The notes below the pieces were generated by a model. It had not been told where the DNA came from and did not search any database. It saw nothing but the letters and a program-made list of their open reading frames with translations. DNA of 64,000 bases, taken from contig JAZSPR010000050.1 of assembly GCA_045537555.1 (NCBI GenBank), positions 5,010 to 69,009 on the forward strand. The letters run 5' to 3'. The DNA is from Acutalibacteraceae bacterium (GTDB lineage Bacteria; Bacillota; Clostridia; Oscillospirales; Acutalibacteraceae). Positions 27,963 to 36,822 of the stretch are shown piece by piece. Position 1 is the stretch's first letter; each line of letters begins with the position of its first letter. Made by a program: the position numbers and the translations under genes.

Positions 27963-29060
27963 ATGACAAAAAAATTAATTTCAATCACACTTTCAGTTCT
28001 TCTTGTATTTTCGCTTATTGTACTTCCTGTAAGTGCCGAAGAAGTATTAGATGATGCTGTTGAACTCTCTTTAGGTGAAAAAATCACAATTAATTTTACT
28101 GATGAAATCTATGAAAAATACATTAAATTTGTTGCAGACAAAACAATGACTGTTGCTGTATCTTCTGAAACAGCTGATGAAAGCGATCCTTATTGTATGG
28201 TTTTTGATGCTGACGGAACAGATATTGCTTCTGCTGATGACAGTAATGCAGGATATGATTTCATTTGCAGGTTTGAAGTAACTGAAGGTGAAACATATTA
28301 TATTCTTGTTACTGTATATGATTTTGGTCCTGCAACCACTGTTGTTTCACTTGACTGTGGTCATTCTTATACAGACGGTATCTGCGATGATTGCGGAGAA
28401 GTATGCACACATGATGTTTTTAATGATTTCGGTGAATGTGAATGTGGTCAGTATTTTGAAGGCGATGAACTTGTAATCGGTGAAAATTCTTTTGCTTTTG
28501 AACTTAACCAAGCGAAGTATTACAGATTTGTTCCCGAAGAAACAGGAATATATATCCTTCGTTCCGAAAGTGCAGAAACTGATCCTTACTCATTTTTGTA
28601 TGACAAAAATAATAAAATTCTTTATAGCGCTGATGATTCTGAAGCAGACTATAACTTTGAATTGCTTTGTTACCTTGAAGAAGGTGAACACTATTTCTTT
28701 GAAATAGGCGATTACTTTGAAAATGCAGAATGGACAGGTACATTTGAAGAGTTTGTTCATGAGGGCGAAGACGGTGAGCACGAAATCTATCTTGAAGATG
28801 AATATATCGGCACATGTCAGGATGTAAGCTACAGCGCAGGTATTTATTGTGAAGACTGCGGTGTGTATATATACGGTCATGAAGAACTCGGTAACGGCTA
28901 CCATGAAGATTATGATGTTGATGGAAAATGTGATTACTGTGGTTATGTGCTGTATGAAGAGCCCTCAGGAATTGAAGTACTCGGCGATTTTGTTATAAGA
29001 GCAATTGTATTTTTCAGAGATCTTTTCCTTACTATTTTTACAATTTTAGGAATCTGGTAA
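27963..29060 (+). CDS. Secreted protein with two PPC-like (pre-peptidase C-terminal type) modules, several C(D/E)xCG motifs and a hydrophobic/amphipathic C-terminal tail
   Basis: AAAGGAGG RBS. Signal peptide MTKKLISITLSVLLVFSLIVLPVSAEE. Two related ~100-aa modules are present (..DPYCMVFDADGTDIASADDSNAGYDF.. and ..DPYSFLYDKNNKILYSADDSEADYNF..). The tail reads GDFVIRAIVFFRDLFLTIFTILGIW. Confidence 0.55.
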   Translation: MTKKLISITLSVLLVFSLIVLPVSAEEVLDDAVELSLGEKITINFTDEIYEKYIKFVADKTMTVAVSSETADESDPYCMVFDADGTDIASADDSNAGYDFICRFEVTEGETYYILVTVYDFGPATTVVSLDCGHSYTDGICDDCGEVCTHDVFNDFGECECGQYFEGDELVIGENSFAFELNQAKYYRFVPEETGIYILRSESAETDPYSFLYDKNNKILYSADDSEADYNFELLCYLEEGEHYFFEIGDYFENAEWTGTFEEFVHEGEDGEHEIYLEDEYIGTCQDVSYSAGIYCEDCGVYIYGHEELGNGYHEDYDVDGKCDYCGYVLYEEPSGIEVLGDFVIRAIVFFRDLFLTIFTILGIW

Positions 29061-29081
29061 TGTATAAATGAGTATAAAAAT

Positions 29082-29114
29082 AATCGGCGCATCTTCGGAT
29101 GTGCCGATTTTGTT
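29082..29114. terminator. Bidirectional terminator between the 27963 gene (+) and GH43 (-)
   Basis: 12-bp stem AATCGGCGCATC / GATGTGCCGATT (one G-U pair) with a TTCG loop, followed by TTTGTTG. Confidence 0.7.
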
Positions 29115-29120
29115 GTATAT

Positions 29121-30089
29121 TTATTTCAGAACGGGAACTCCTTTTTCGTCAAACCTTACTTTTCTGATTCTTGCATGACGGCAGGGGTCATAAAGTGATT
29201 CTTCGCAGTATGTACCGCATTCACCGTGTAAGTGGCTTTCGGGTCTTGCATGATAAACAAGTAAAAGATTTCCGTTTTCGTCAGTTACAAAGCTGTTGTG
29301 CCCCGGTCCCGATTCACCTGTAAGGTCAGAAGTCTGCAATACGGGAGAATCGAGTTTTTTCCAGCTTGCAGGGTTCATAAGGTCACTGTCAGAATCGGCT
29401 TCAAGTCTTCCCATGCAGTATTCGGAGCCCGTACCCGATGCCGAGAAGAAAACATAAATTTTATTCTGAGTTTTCAGCACGCTTGCACCTTCGTTTACTC
29501 TGAAAACAACCTTTTCCCAATCATATTCGGGTTTTGTGAGAAGAATAGGTTTGTTTATGAGTTTCTGAGGGTTTTCGGGATTAATTTCAGCCATAAAAAG
29601 AGAAGAATCACCGATGATTTCTGCCCATATGAGATAATGTCTTCCTTTGTGTTCAAAATAAGTCATATCAAGTGAAAAACTGTTGAAGGAAATATCATCT
29701 TCTTCTGAAGATTGCATTTTTCCCATTTCAATCCATGTGTCATTAAACGGGTCATTTCCGTTACATTTTAAAAGATAAGGTCTTATGTGCCACACATCGT
29801 CGCTGTTGGCGGCGGCAAAGAAAACATACCACTTTCCGCCGATAAAATGTATTTCCGGTGCCCATATATGCCTTGCCATGATGCCCGTTTCATGAGCTTG
29901 CCAAATTGCTTTTTCTTCAGATTCTGCAAGTCCTTTTACGGTTTTGCTTCTGCGGAGTATTATTCTGTCATAGCCGTGCTGAGCATCACCGAAAGCCGGG
30001 TAAGACGCAGTAAAATAGTAATATCCGTCATTACCCTTTGTTATATACGGGTCGGCTCGCTGTATAATAAAAGGATTTTTATATTCCAT
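29121..30089 (-). CDS. GH43 family glycoside hydrolase (arabinofuranosidase/xylosidase-type five-bladed propeller)
   Basis: 322 aa. It has NPFIIQRADPYITKGNDGYYYFTAS, IWAPEIHFIGGKWYVFF and NEGASVL blocks. There is no signal peptide. Confidence 0.85.
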   Translation of the reverse strand: MEYKNPFIIQRADPYITKGNDGYYYFTASYPAFGDAQHGYDRIILRRSKTVKGLAESEEKAIWQAHETGIMARHIWAPEIHFIGGKWYVFFAAANSDDVWHIRPYLLKCNGNDPFNDTWIEMGKMQSSEEDDISFNSFSLDMTYFEHKGRHYLIWAEIIGDSSLFMAEINPENPQKLINKPILLTKPEYDWEKVVFRVNEGASVLKTQNKIYVFFSASGTGSEYCMGRLEADSDSDLMNPASWKKLDSPVLQTSDLTGESGPGHNSFVTDENGNLLLVYHARPESHLHGECGTYCEESLYDPCRHARIRKVRFDEKGVPVLK

Positions 30090-30165
30090 TGTTTTTCACT
30101 CCTTTTTATTGAGTATAATACAAAACTTGCAGTTAATCAATAGTAATGATGAATATGTAATATTA

Positions 30166-30357
30166 TAAATCAGAATTTGTCGGGCTGTGCCCGACAAAAA
30201 TTCGCAATTGGAAATTCGCAATTCGCAATTTCGGAAGGGGCTTTGCCCCTTACCCTATTATAATGGTTCAAAAGGCGGAGCCTTTTCCTTAATTGCGCAT
30301 TGATAATTGCTAATTGCTAATTTAATTTGTCGGGATCAGCCCGATAAATTATTGTTT
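30166..30357 (+). repeat. Structured intergenic repeat, copy C (best-preserved copy)
   Basis: The element starts TAAATCAGAATTTGTCGGGC-TGT-GCCCGACAAA. The left arm has three ATTCGCAATT words. The core is TCGGAAGGGGC-TTT-GCCCCTTACCCTATTATAATGGTTCAAAAGGC-GGA-GCCTTTTCC. The right arm has AATTGCGCATT, AATTGCTAATT and GCTAATT words. It ends TTTGTCGGGATCAGCCCGATAAATTATTGTTT. The dpaB stop lies inside the last 9 nt. Confidence 0.85.
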
Positions 30358-30921
30358 AATGATCGGCTGAATCTGTTTTCCGAGAAGAGCTTCAAGAAGA
30401 GTATCGTGAATTTTCCGAAAATCGGCAACAATTGATGTCGGTTTGTTTATATAATCATCCTGACTGTAAGGAACAAAATAAATGTTTTTGTAATTGAGAA
30501 GATTACCTATATTTTTTGCGGCATTGCTGAGTGCATCGTTTGTTGAAACGGCTATTATAACGGGATTTGCATTTCTCAGCGTTGATTTTGCCGCAAGTGT
30601 TACGGGAGTATCTGCAATGCCCGTTGTCAGTTTTGCAAGCGTGTTACCCGTACACGGAGCTATAACGAGCGCATCAATCATATTCTTCGGCCCTATCGGT
30701 TCAGCTGATGTAAGAGAGTGAATTATTTCTTTGCCCGCAATTTCTTCAATCTTATCAATAAAGGATTTTGCTGTTCCGAAGCGTGTATCGGTAGAGTATG
30801 CATTGTATGACATAATCGGGAAAATATCAATTCCTGCTGTTTTCAGTTGTTCCATAACGGGAATGACTTTTGAAAAAGTGCAGAACGAACCGCACAGCGC
30901 AAAGCCGAGTTTAATTGCCAT
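30349..30921 (-). CDS. dpaB: Dipicolinate synthase subunit B (SpoVFB)
   Basis: The track ORF extends to 30957. The likely start is MAIKLGFALCGSFCTF at 30921, overlapping the dpaA stop. It has a flavoprotein fold (APCTGNTLAKL). Confidence 0.85.
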   Translation of the reverse strand: MAIKLGFALCGSFCTFSKVIPVMEQLKTAGIDIFPIMSYNAYSTDTRFGTAKSFIDKIEEIAGKEIIHSLTSAEPIGPKNMIDALVIAPCTGNTLAKLTTGIADTPVTLAAKSTLRNANPVIIAVSTNDALSNAAKNIGNLLNYKNIYFVPYSQDDYINKPTSIVADFRKIHDTLLEALLGKQIQPIIKQ

Positions 30922-31759
30922 ATTCACCACCTCCGCAGAATGAAAGTATAGTTTCACATATAATTTTACCTGCCGTTTCGGGTGCAGTTCTTCCCGGAAG
31001 AGAACCTGCTTTTATTATGTTGATTCCGTGATTTTTTGCACAGTCAAAATCAACCCCGAAAGGTGCAGATGCAATTTCAATAATAAGACATTCTTTTCTG
31101 AGATTTTTTATTATATCATGGTTTATTACAAGAGAAGGAACGGTATTTATTATTGCATCAAATTCGTGACAGATGTGCCTGAAATCATTGATGCGACAGA
31201 TTTTCATGCCATCGTTAAAAGCTTCGGTCAGGTTCTTTTCACTTCTTGCAACACAAGTCACGTCGGCGCCGAGGCATCTCAGTTTTCTGCATAAGACACT
31301 TCCGCATCTGCCGTAGCCCGTTACGGCACATTTCAGATTGTTTATTGTAACAGGCAATGAGTTTATAAGAAGTCCTATAACTCCTTCGGCTGTAGGGACA
31401 GCATTCATAATGGTCAGGCTGTCATTTTTATAATAATCAAATACTGTCACATTTTTATTTTTGAGTTTTTGTTCCTGTTCTTCTGTGAAAAGTCCTCCTG
31501 CTACAATGCATCCCGACGGTATGAGCCTTAAAAAATCACCGAAGTAAAAAAGTTCATCCGAAAGGGGAGCATTTATGTTGATTCTGTCACGGCTGACAGG
31601 AACGGGAAGAATAAAAATATCTTTGTTTGTGAAGTCATCAGCTTTATAATCACCGGGATAAATCCTTTGCGATTCAAATCCTTTTTCAATCAGTTGTTTA
31701 TCGAGATATGAAAAACGGCAGTCGCCGCCGATTATCATAAATTTCGGTTTGTCTTTCAT
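30911..31759 (-). CDS. dpaA: Dipicolinate synthase subunit A (SpoVFA)
   Basis: The track ORF runs to 32020 through AT-rich upstream DNA. The credible start is MKDKPKFMIIGGDCRFSYL at 31759. It has an NAD-binding GYGRCG motif and sits directly upstream of dpaB. Confidence 0.8.
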   Translation of the reverse strand: MKDKPKFMIIGGDCRFSYLDKQLIEKGFESQRIYPGDYKADDFTNKDIFILPVPVSRDRININAPLSDELFYFGDFLRLIPSGCIVAGGLFTEEQEQKLKNKNVTVFDYYKNDSLTIMNAVPTAEGVIGLLINSLPVTINNLKCAVTGYGRCGSVLCRKLRCLGADVTCVARSEKNLTEAFNDGMKICRINDFRHICHEFDAIINTVPSLVINHDIIKNLRKECLIIEIASAPFGVDFDCAKNHGINIIKAGSLPGRTAPETAGKIICETILSFCGGGEYGN

Positions 31760-31896
31760 AAAAAAAACCTCCTGAAACATTCTATGATAATTGATATGTA
31801 TTTGTGAAAAAATTGCTTTCAAAGGATTGTTTTTTTTATTTAAATAAATTATAATATAAAGATATAATAGGTTATTATACTCATTTAATATATATA

Positions 31897-33951
31897 GTGT
31901 TAGGATCTGATTTTTTGAGCCGCAAATTCTGGCGTGTTCCTTCTTTTGATAAAAAACAGGCTGCCGAGCTTGCATATGAATACGGCTATGATGCAATGGC
32001 TGTTCTTCTTCTCGCCGCAAGGGGTATAACAGACCCTTGTGATGTTGCAGATTTCCTTGAAAGTGAAACAGAACTTTTTGACCCGTTTGATATAAAAGAT
32101 ATGGAAAAAGCTGTTGACAGAATCAGGAAAGCCATTGAAACTCAGGAAAAAATTGCTGTTTACGGCGACTATGACGCCGACGGTGTAACAGCAACAGCAT
32201 TGCTGTATCTTTACCTTGAATCGGTCGGAGCGGATGTCACATATTATATTCCTTCAAGAATGAATGAAGGATACGGTCTTCATAACGATGCCGTTGATAC
32301 TCTTGCCGATAAAAACATAAACCTTATAATTACGGTGGATAACGGAATAAACTCCGTTGACGAAGCCGCATATATAAAGTCCAAGGGAATTGACCTTATA
32401 ATCACGGACCATCATCAGCCGGGCGGTATTCTTCCCGATGCTGTTGCAGTTATAAATCCTCACAGAGCAGATGACATGAGTTCTTTCAAGGAGCTCGCGG
32501 GTGTCGGTGTTGCTTTCAAACTTGCCGCCGCTCTTGAAGACGGTGACTGTGAGAGTATTCTTGCCGATTTTGCAGATATTGTATGTATCGGTACAATTGC
32601 AGATATCGTTCCGCTTAAAAGTGAAAACAGAATTCTTGCAGTAAGAGGTATTGAATCAATAAATCATTCCGACAGAGCGGGAATTATTGCTCTTAAAAAA
32701 GTTGTGGGCTATGAAGACCGTGATTTCACATCAACAAATGTCGCTTTTACAATAGCTCCGAGAATTAATGCGGCGGGAAGAGTTGAAGAGGCAACAACCG
32801 CCCTGAAACTTCTTCTAACCGATGACCCTGATGAGGCAGAAGAGCTTGCAGAAAAACTTGATAAATTCAATGTGATGCGTCAGGAAACGGAATCGGGAAT
32901 AGTTGATGAAGCTGTTGCACGTATTGAATCGGATGAATCAATTAAATATTCAAGAGTTATTGTTGTTGACGGTATGGACTGGCATGCAGGTGTTATCGGA
33001 ATTGATGCATCAAAGCTTGTTGACAGATACGGTAAACCCGTTATGGTAATAGCAAGGGACGGCAGCGGAGAGGCAAAAGGCTCATGCAGAAGTATTGAAG
33101 GATTTTCGTTGTTTGATGCTCTGACAGATGCGGGAGATTTGCTTGTGCGTTTCGGCGGTCATACCCTTGCAGCAGGTTTTACGGTTACTGATGAAAACAT
33201 TGATGCATTCAGAAAGAAAATCAATGATTATGCATCTCAGATGCCGCCGTTTTATCCTGTTCTGAATCTTGACTGTAAAATCAATCCGCAGAGCATTGAT
33301 GTTGATTTTGTTGAGAGTATTTCATGCCTTGAACCGTTCGGTGCTGAGAATCCTCAGCCTCTTTTCGGAATATATAATGTTATTCTCCGCTCGGTAAGAC
33401 CCATAGGTGCGCAGGGTAAGCATCTGCGACTGACATTTGAAAAGAAAAATCAGCAGTTCGGTGCAGTTTTTTTCGGCATGACACCCGAAGAATTCCCTTA
33501 TGATACGGGAGATTGTATCGACCTTGCCGTAACAATAGATAAAAATGAATTCAGAGGCGAAGTGAAAGCCAATATTTATGTGAAATCTGTCAGACTTTCC
33601 GAATTCAATGATGAAGATTTTTTCAGCAGCGAGCTGTTATATAACAAAGTCAGATGCGGAAGTTCTCTTTCGGAAAGTGAAAGAGCATCCGCATGTCCTG
33701 ACAGAAATTTTTCAGCCCGTGTGTTCAGATATATAAAAAGTCAGCACGGATGCGTCAAGAGTGCCGAGCAGATTGCAATAAAGACGGGTTCAGGTTCACA
33801 CGATGCGTGTAAAGTTCAGATTGTTCTTGATGCGTTCTGTGAGCTGGGACTTTTAAAGAACGAAAACGGATGTTACAGTGCCGTTGAAAATGCGGCAAAA
33901 GTGAGCCTCGGTTCTTCGGAACTGCTCAGAAGATTGGGATATTGTGATTGA
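31897..33951 (+). CDS. recJ: Single-stranded-DNA-specific exonuclease RecJ
   Basis: 684 aa with a GTG start. It has DHH motifs (VYGDYDADGVTA, VDNG, ITDHH) and a DHHA1 motif (GGHTLAAG). Confidence 0.9.
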   Translation: MLGSDFLSRKFWRVPSFDKKQAAELAYEYGYDAMAVLLLAARGITDPCDVADFLESETELFDPFDIKDMEKAVDRIRKAIETQEKIAVYGDYDADGVTATALLYLYLESVGADVTYYIPSRMNEGYGLHNDAVDTLADKNINLIITVDNGINSVDEAAYIKSKGIDLIITDHHQPGGILPDAVAVINPHRADDMSSFKELAGVGVAFKLAAALEDGDCESILADFADIVCIGTIADIVPLKSENRILAVRGIESINHSDRAGIIALKKVVGYEDRDFTSTNVAFTIAPRINAAGRVEEATTALKLLLTDDPDEAEELAEKLDKFNVMRQETESGIVDEAVARIESDESIKYSRVIVVDGMDWHAGVIGIDASKLVDRYGKPVMVIARDGSGEAKGSCRSIEGFSLFDALTDAGDLLVRFGGHTLAAGFTVTDENIDAFRKKINDYASQMPPFYPVLNLDCKINPQSIDVDFVESISCLEPFGAENPQPLFGIYNVILRSVRPIGAQGKHLRLTFEKKNQQFGAVFFGMTPEEFPYDTGDCIDLAVTIDKNEFRGEVKANIYVKSVRLSEFNDEDFFSSELLYNKVRCGSSLSESERASACPDRNFSARVFRYIKSQHGCVKSAEQIAIKTGSGSHDACKVQIVLDAFCELGLLKNENGCYSAVENAAKVSLGSSELLRRLGYCD

Positions 33952-33960
33952 GGTGAGTGT

Positions 33961-36159
33961 ATGGAAAACACCGCACAGAATACAGGAAGACAACTGTATG
34001 ATGAATTAAGAAAGAAAATAGTCGGAGTTTTCTCGGAAGAGAGTATCGCCGTTGTTGACAGAGCATTTGAACTTGCAAACTCTGCCCACGGAGACCAGAA
34101 GAGAAAATCGGGTGAACCTTATATCATTCACCCCATTGCCGTTGCCACAATTCTTTTTGATGAACTGGGTATGGATATGCCCTCTGTTGCGGCGGCACTT
34201 CTTCATGATGTTGTTGAAGATACACAGTATGAACTTGATGAAATCAAAGACATGTTCGGTGAAGAAATCGCACTTCTTGTTGACGGTGTAACAAAAATCA
34301 ACCGTATGCAGATTTCAAGCCGTGAGGAGCAGCAGGCGGAAAACCTTCGTAAAATGCTTATTGCCATGTCTCAGGATATAAGAGTTATCATCATCAAGCT
34401 TTCCGACAGAGTGCATAATATCAGAACGTTGCAGTATGTCCCCGAAGAAAAGAGAAGACTTACAGCAAAGGAAACACTTGAAATCTATGCTCCTATTGCT
34501 CACCGCCTCGGTATCAGAGCGTTCAAAGAGGAGCTTGAAGACAGATCAATCAGTTTCCTTGACCCCGTTGCATACCATGATATTGGTGAAAGGCTTGAAG
34601 TTCAGAGCTCACAGAGACAGGAATTTCTTGAACAGATAAAAGAGAAAATAACAAGTCGTGTTCATGAAACAGTAGGTGAAGCAAAAGTAGACGGACGAAT
34701 CAAGAGTGTTCACGGTATTTACAGAAAAATGTTCATCGGCGGAAAGAGCTTCGATGAAATCTATGATATATATGCAGTCAGAATCATTGTTGATACCGTA
34801 ATTGACTGTTATAACTGCCTCGGTATTGTACATGATATGTATCATTCAATTCCAGGCAGATTCAAGGATTATATTTCAACTCCCAAGCCCAACATGTATC
34901 AGTCACTTCATACAACACTTATCGGCAAGGAGGGAATTCCTTTTGAAGTGCAGATAAGAACATGGGAAATGCATCAGAATGCCGAATACGGTATTGCCGC
35001 TCATTGGAAATACAAAATGGGCAGAAATGACCGTGATGTTGACAACCGTCTTCTGTGGATAAGACAGATGCTTGAAAGTCAGCAGGAGTCGGATAACGCA
35101 GGTGACATCGTTCAGGATATCAAGAGCGACCTTGTTCCCGAGGAAGTATTTGTTCTCACTCCCAAGGGTACGGTTATCTGTCTTCCCAAGGGGGCGACTG
35201 TAATTGACTTTGCCTATGCAATTCATTCCGCTGTCGGCAATAAGATGACGGGTGCAAAGGTTGACGGAAGAATTGTTCCCATTGACTATGTTGTGAAAAC
35301 AGGTGAGATTGTTGAAATTCTTACTTCCTCACAGCAGGGCAAAGGGCCCAGCCGTGACTGGCTGAAAATCGTAAAGACAGGTGCCGCAAGAACAAAAATC
35401 AGGTCATGGTTCAAGAAAGAGAAACGTGACGAAAATATAGTTGAAGGTAAGTCTGAGTTTGAAAAGGAACTCAGAAGAAGTAATATAAGACTTTCTGATG
35501 AAAATATGGAAAAACTCATCAGTATTCTTTCTGAAAAACAGAGACAGAATTCGGTTGATGATTTCTATGCCGCAATCGGTTACGGCGGAATCAGTATTTC
35601 AAGACTTATGCCCCAGATAAGGGACGAAGTTGCAAAATTCCAGGCGGCTGATCAGCCCAAGACAGTAGAAATCAAACTTACAAAACCGAAAGCATCAAGC
35701 GGAGACGGAATTGTTGTTGAGGGTATTGATAACTGTCTTGTCAAGCTTTCCAAGTGCTGTAATCCTATTCCCGGTGATGATGTTATAGGCTTTATTACAA
35801 GAGGACACGGTGTATCTGTTCACAAGAAAGACTGTCCAAACGTTCCTTCAGATATTTATACATCACCCGAACCTGAAAGATGGATAAATGTCAGGTGGGA
35901 AGAAAACGCAAAGCAGGCAGGCTTCAACGCAACACTTGCAATTTACTGCATTGACAGAATGTCACTTCTTGCCGATGTCTCCGTGTCGCTTTCAAATATG
36001 CACGTTATGATTCATAACGTTAATACACGTGATAACAGAGACGGCACAAGCGTTATCTATATGACAATCACGGTAAACAATTCGGAACATCTCAGAGGAA
36101 TTGTTTCAAAGCTTCTTAAAATAAACGGAATACTCAACATTGAGCGTTCAGGCTCATAA
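33961..36159 (+). CDS. relA: Bifunctional (p)ppGpp synthetase/hydrolase (RelA/SpoT, Rel)
   Basis: 732 aa. It has an HD hydrolase (HPIAVATIL, LLHDVVEDT), a synthetase block (YRSLHTT-like QSLHTTLIG, IRTWEMH), and TGS and ACT domains. Confidence 0.95.
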   Translation: MENTAQNTGRQLYDELRKKIVGVFSEESIAVVDRAFELANSAHGDQKRKSGEPYIIHPIAVATILFDELGMDMPSVAAALLHDVVEDTQYELDEIKDMFGEEIALLVDGVTKINRMQISSREEQQAENLRKMLIAMSQDIRVIIIKLSDRVHNIRTLQYVPEEKRRLTAKETLEIYAPIAHRLGIRAFKEELEDRSISFLDPVAYHDIGERLEVQSSQRQEFLEQIKEKITSRVHETVGEAKVDGRIKSVHGIYRKMFIGGKSFDEIYDIYAVRIIVDTVIDCYNCLGIVHDMYHSIPGRFKDYISTPKPNMYQSLHTTLIGKEGIPFEVQIRTWEMHQNAEYGIAAHWKYKMGRNDRDVDNRLLWIRQMLESQQESDNAGDIVQDIKSDLVPEEVFVLTPKGTVICLPKGATVIDFAYAIHSAVGNKMTGAKVDGRIVPIDYVVKTGEIVEILTSSQQGKGPSRDWLKIVKTGAARTKIRSWFKKEKRDENIVEGKSEFEKELRRSNIRLSDENMEKLISILSEKQRQNSVDDFYAAIGYGGISISRLMPQIRDEVAKFQAADQPKTVEIKLTKPKASSGDGIVVEGIDNCLVKLSKCCNPIPGDDVIGFITRGHGVSVHKKDCPNVPSDIYTSPEPERWINVRWEENAKQAGFNATLAIYCIDRMSLLADVSVSLSNMHVMIHNVNTRDNRDGTSVIYMTITVNNSEHLRGIVSKLLKINGILNIERSGS

Positions 36160-36170
36160 AAGGAGATAAC

Positions 36171-36632
36171 ATGAAAGCAGTAATTCAGAGAGTAAAGTCA
36201 TCATCCGTAAAGGTTGACGGTGAAATTGTCGGTCAGGTCGGTCACGGTTATCTTGTCCTCCTCGGTGTTATGGAGGGTGATACAAAGGCTCACGCAGAGC
36301 TTATGGCAAAGAAAACTGCCGCACTTCGTATCTTCTGTGACGAGAATGATAAGATGAATAAATCCGTTCTTGATATTGACGGTGAGATTCTTGTTGTTTC
36401 TCAGTTCACTCTGTGTGCCGATGTAAAGAAAGGCAACAGACCTTCATTTGACAATTCTGCTCACCCCACGGTCGCAAACGAACTTTATGAATATTATATG
36501 CAGTGTCTTAAAGACAACGGTGTCAGAAAAGTCGAACATGGCATCTTTGCCGCAGAAATGGAAGTTTCGATTGTAAATGACGGACCCGTGACAATTCTTT
36601 ATGATACGGATATATGGAACGTTAAACAATAA
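36171..36632 (+). CDS. dtd: D-aminoacyl-tRNA deacylase
   Basis: 153 aa. It has MKAVIQRVKSSSVKVDG, LVLLGV, VVSQFTL and NDGPVT. AAAGGAG RBS. Confidence 0.95.
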   Translation: MKAVIQRVKSSSVKVDGEIVGQVGHGYLVLLGVMEGDTKAHAELMAKKTAALRIFCDENDKMNKSVLDIDGEILVVSQFTLCADVKKGNRPSFDNSAHPTVANELYEYYMQCLKDNGVRKVEHGIFAAEMEVSIVNDGPVTILYDTDIWNVKQ

Positions 36633-36812
36633 TTTGTCGCTCAGCGACAAATTATTGTTTCAATTCTCAATTCGAAATGCTCAATGCGCAATTTTGGAAA
36701 AGGCTCCGCCTTTTGAATCATTATAATGGGGTAAGGGGCAATGCCCCTTCATCAATTGCGAATTGCGAATTTAGCATTGCGAATTTATAAGACCCCGACA
36801 AATTCTGATTTA
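36624..36812 (-). repeat. Structured intergenic repeat, copy D (intercistronic, between dtd and the MBL hydrolase gene)
   Basis: The element opens with the perfect palindrome CAATAATTTGTCG-CTCAG-CGACAAATTATTG, which starts at the last sense codon of dtd. Its core is almost identical to the reverse complement of copy C. It ends ..CCCCGACAAATTCTGATTTA, 10 nt before the MBL start codon. Confidence 0.85.
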
Positions 36813-36822
36813 AGGTGTAATT

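Noticed and set aside
31760-32020. 87-aa N-terminal extension of the dpaA ORF
   Set aside because: It runs through the AT-rich dpaA/recJ divergent promoter region and overlaps the recJ start. The conserved DpaA N-terminus starts at MKDKPKF (31759).
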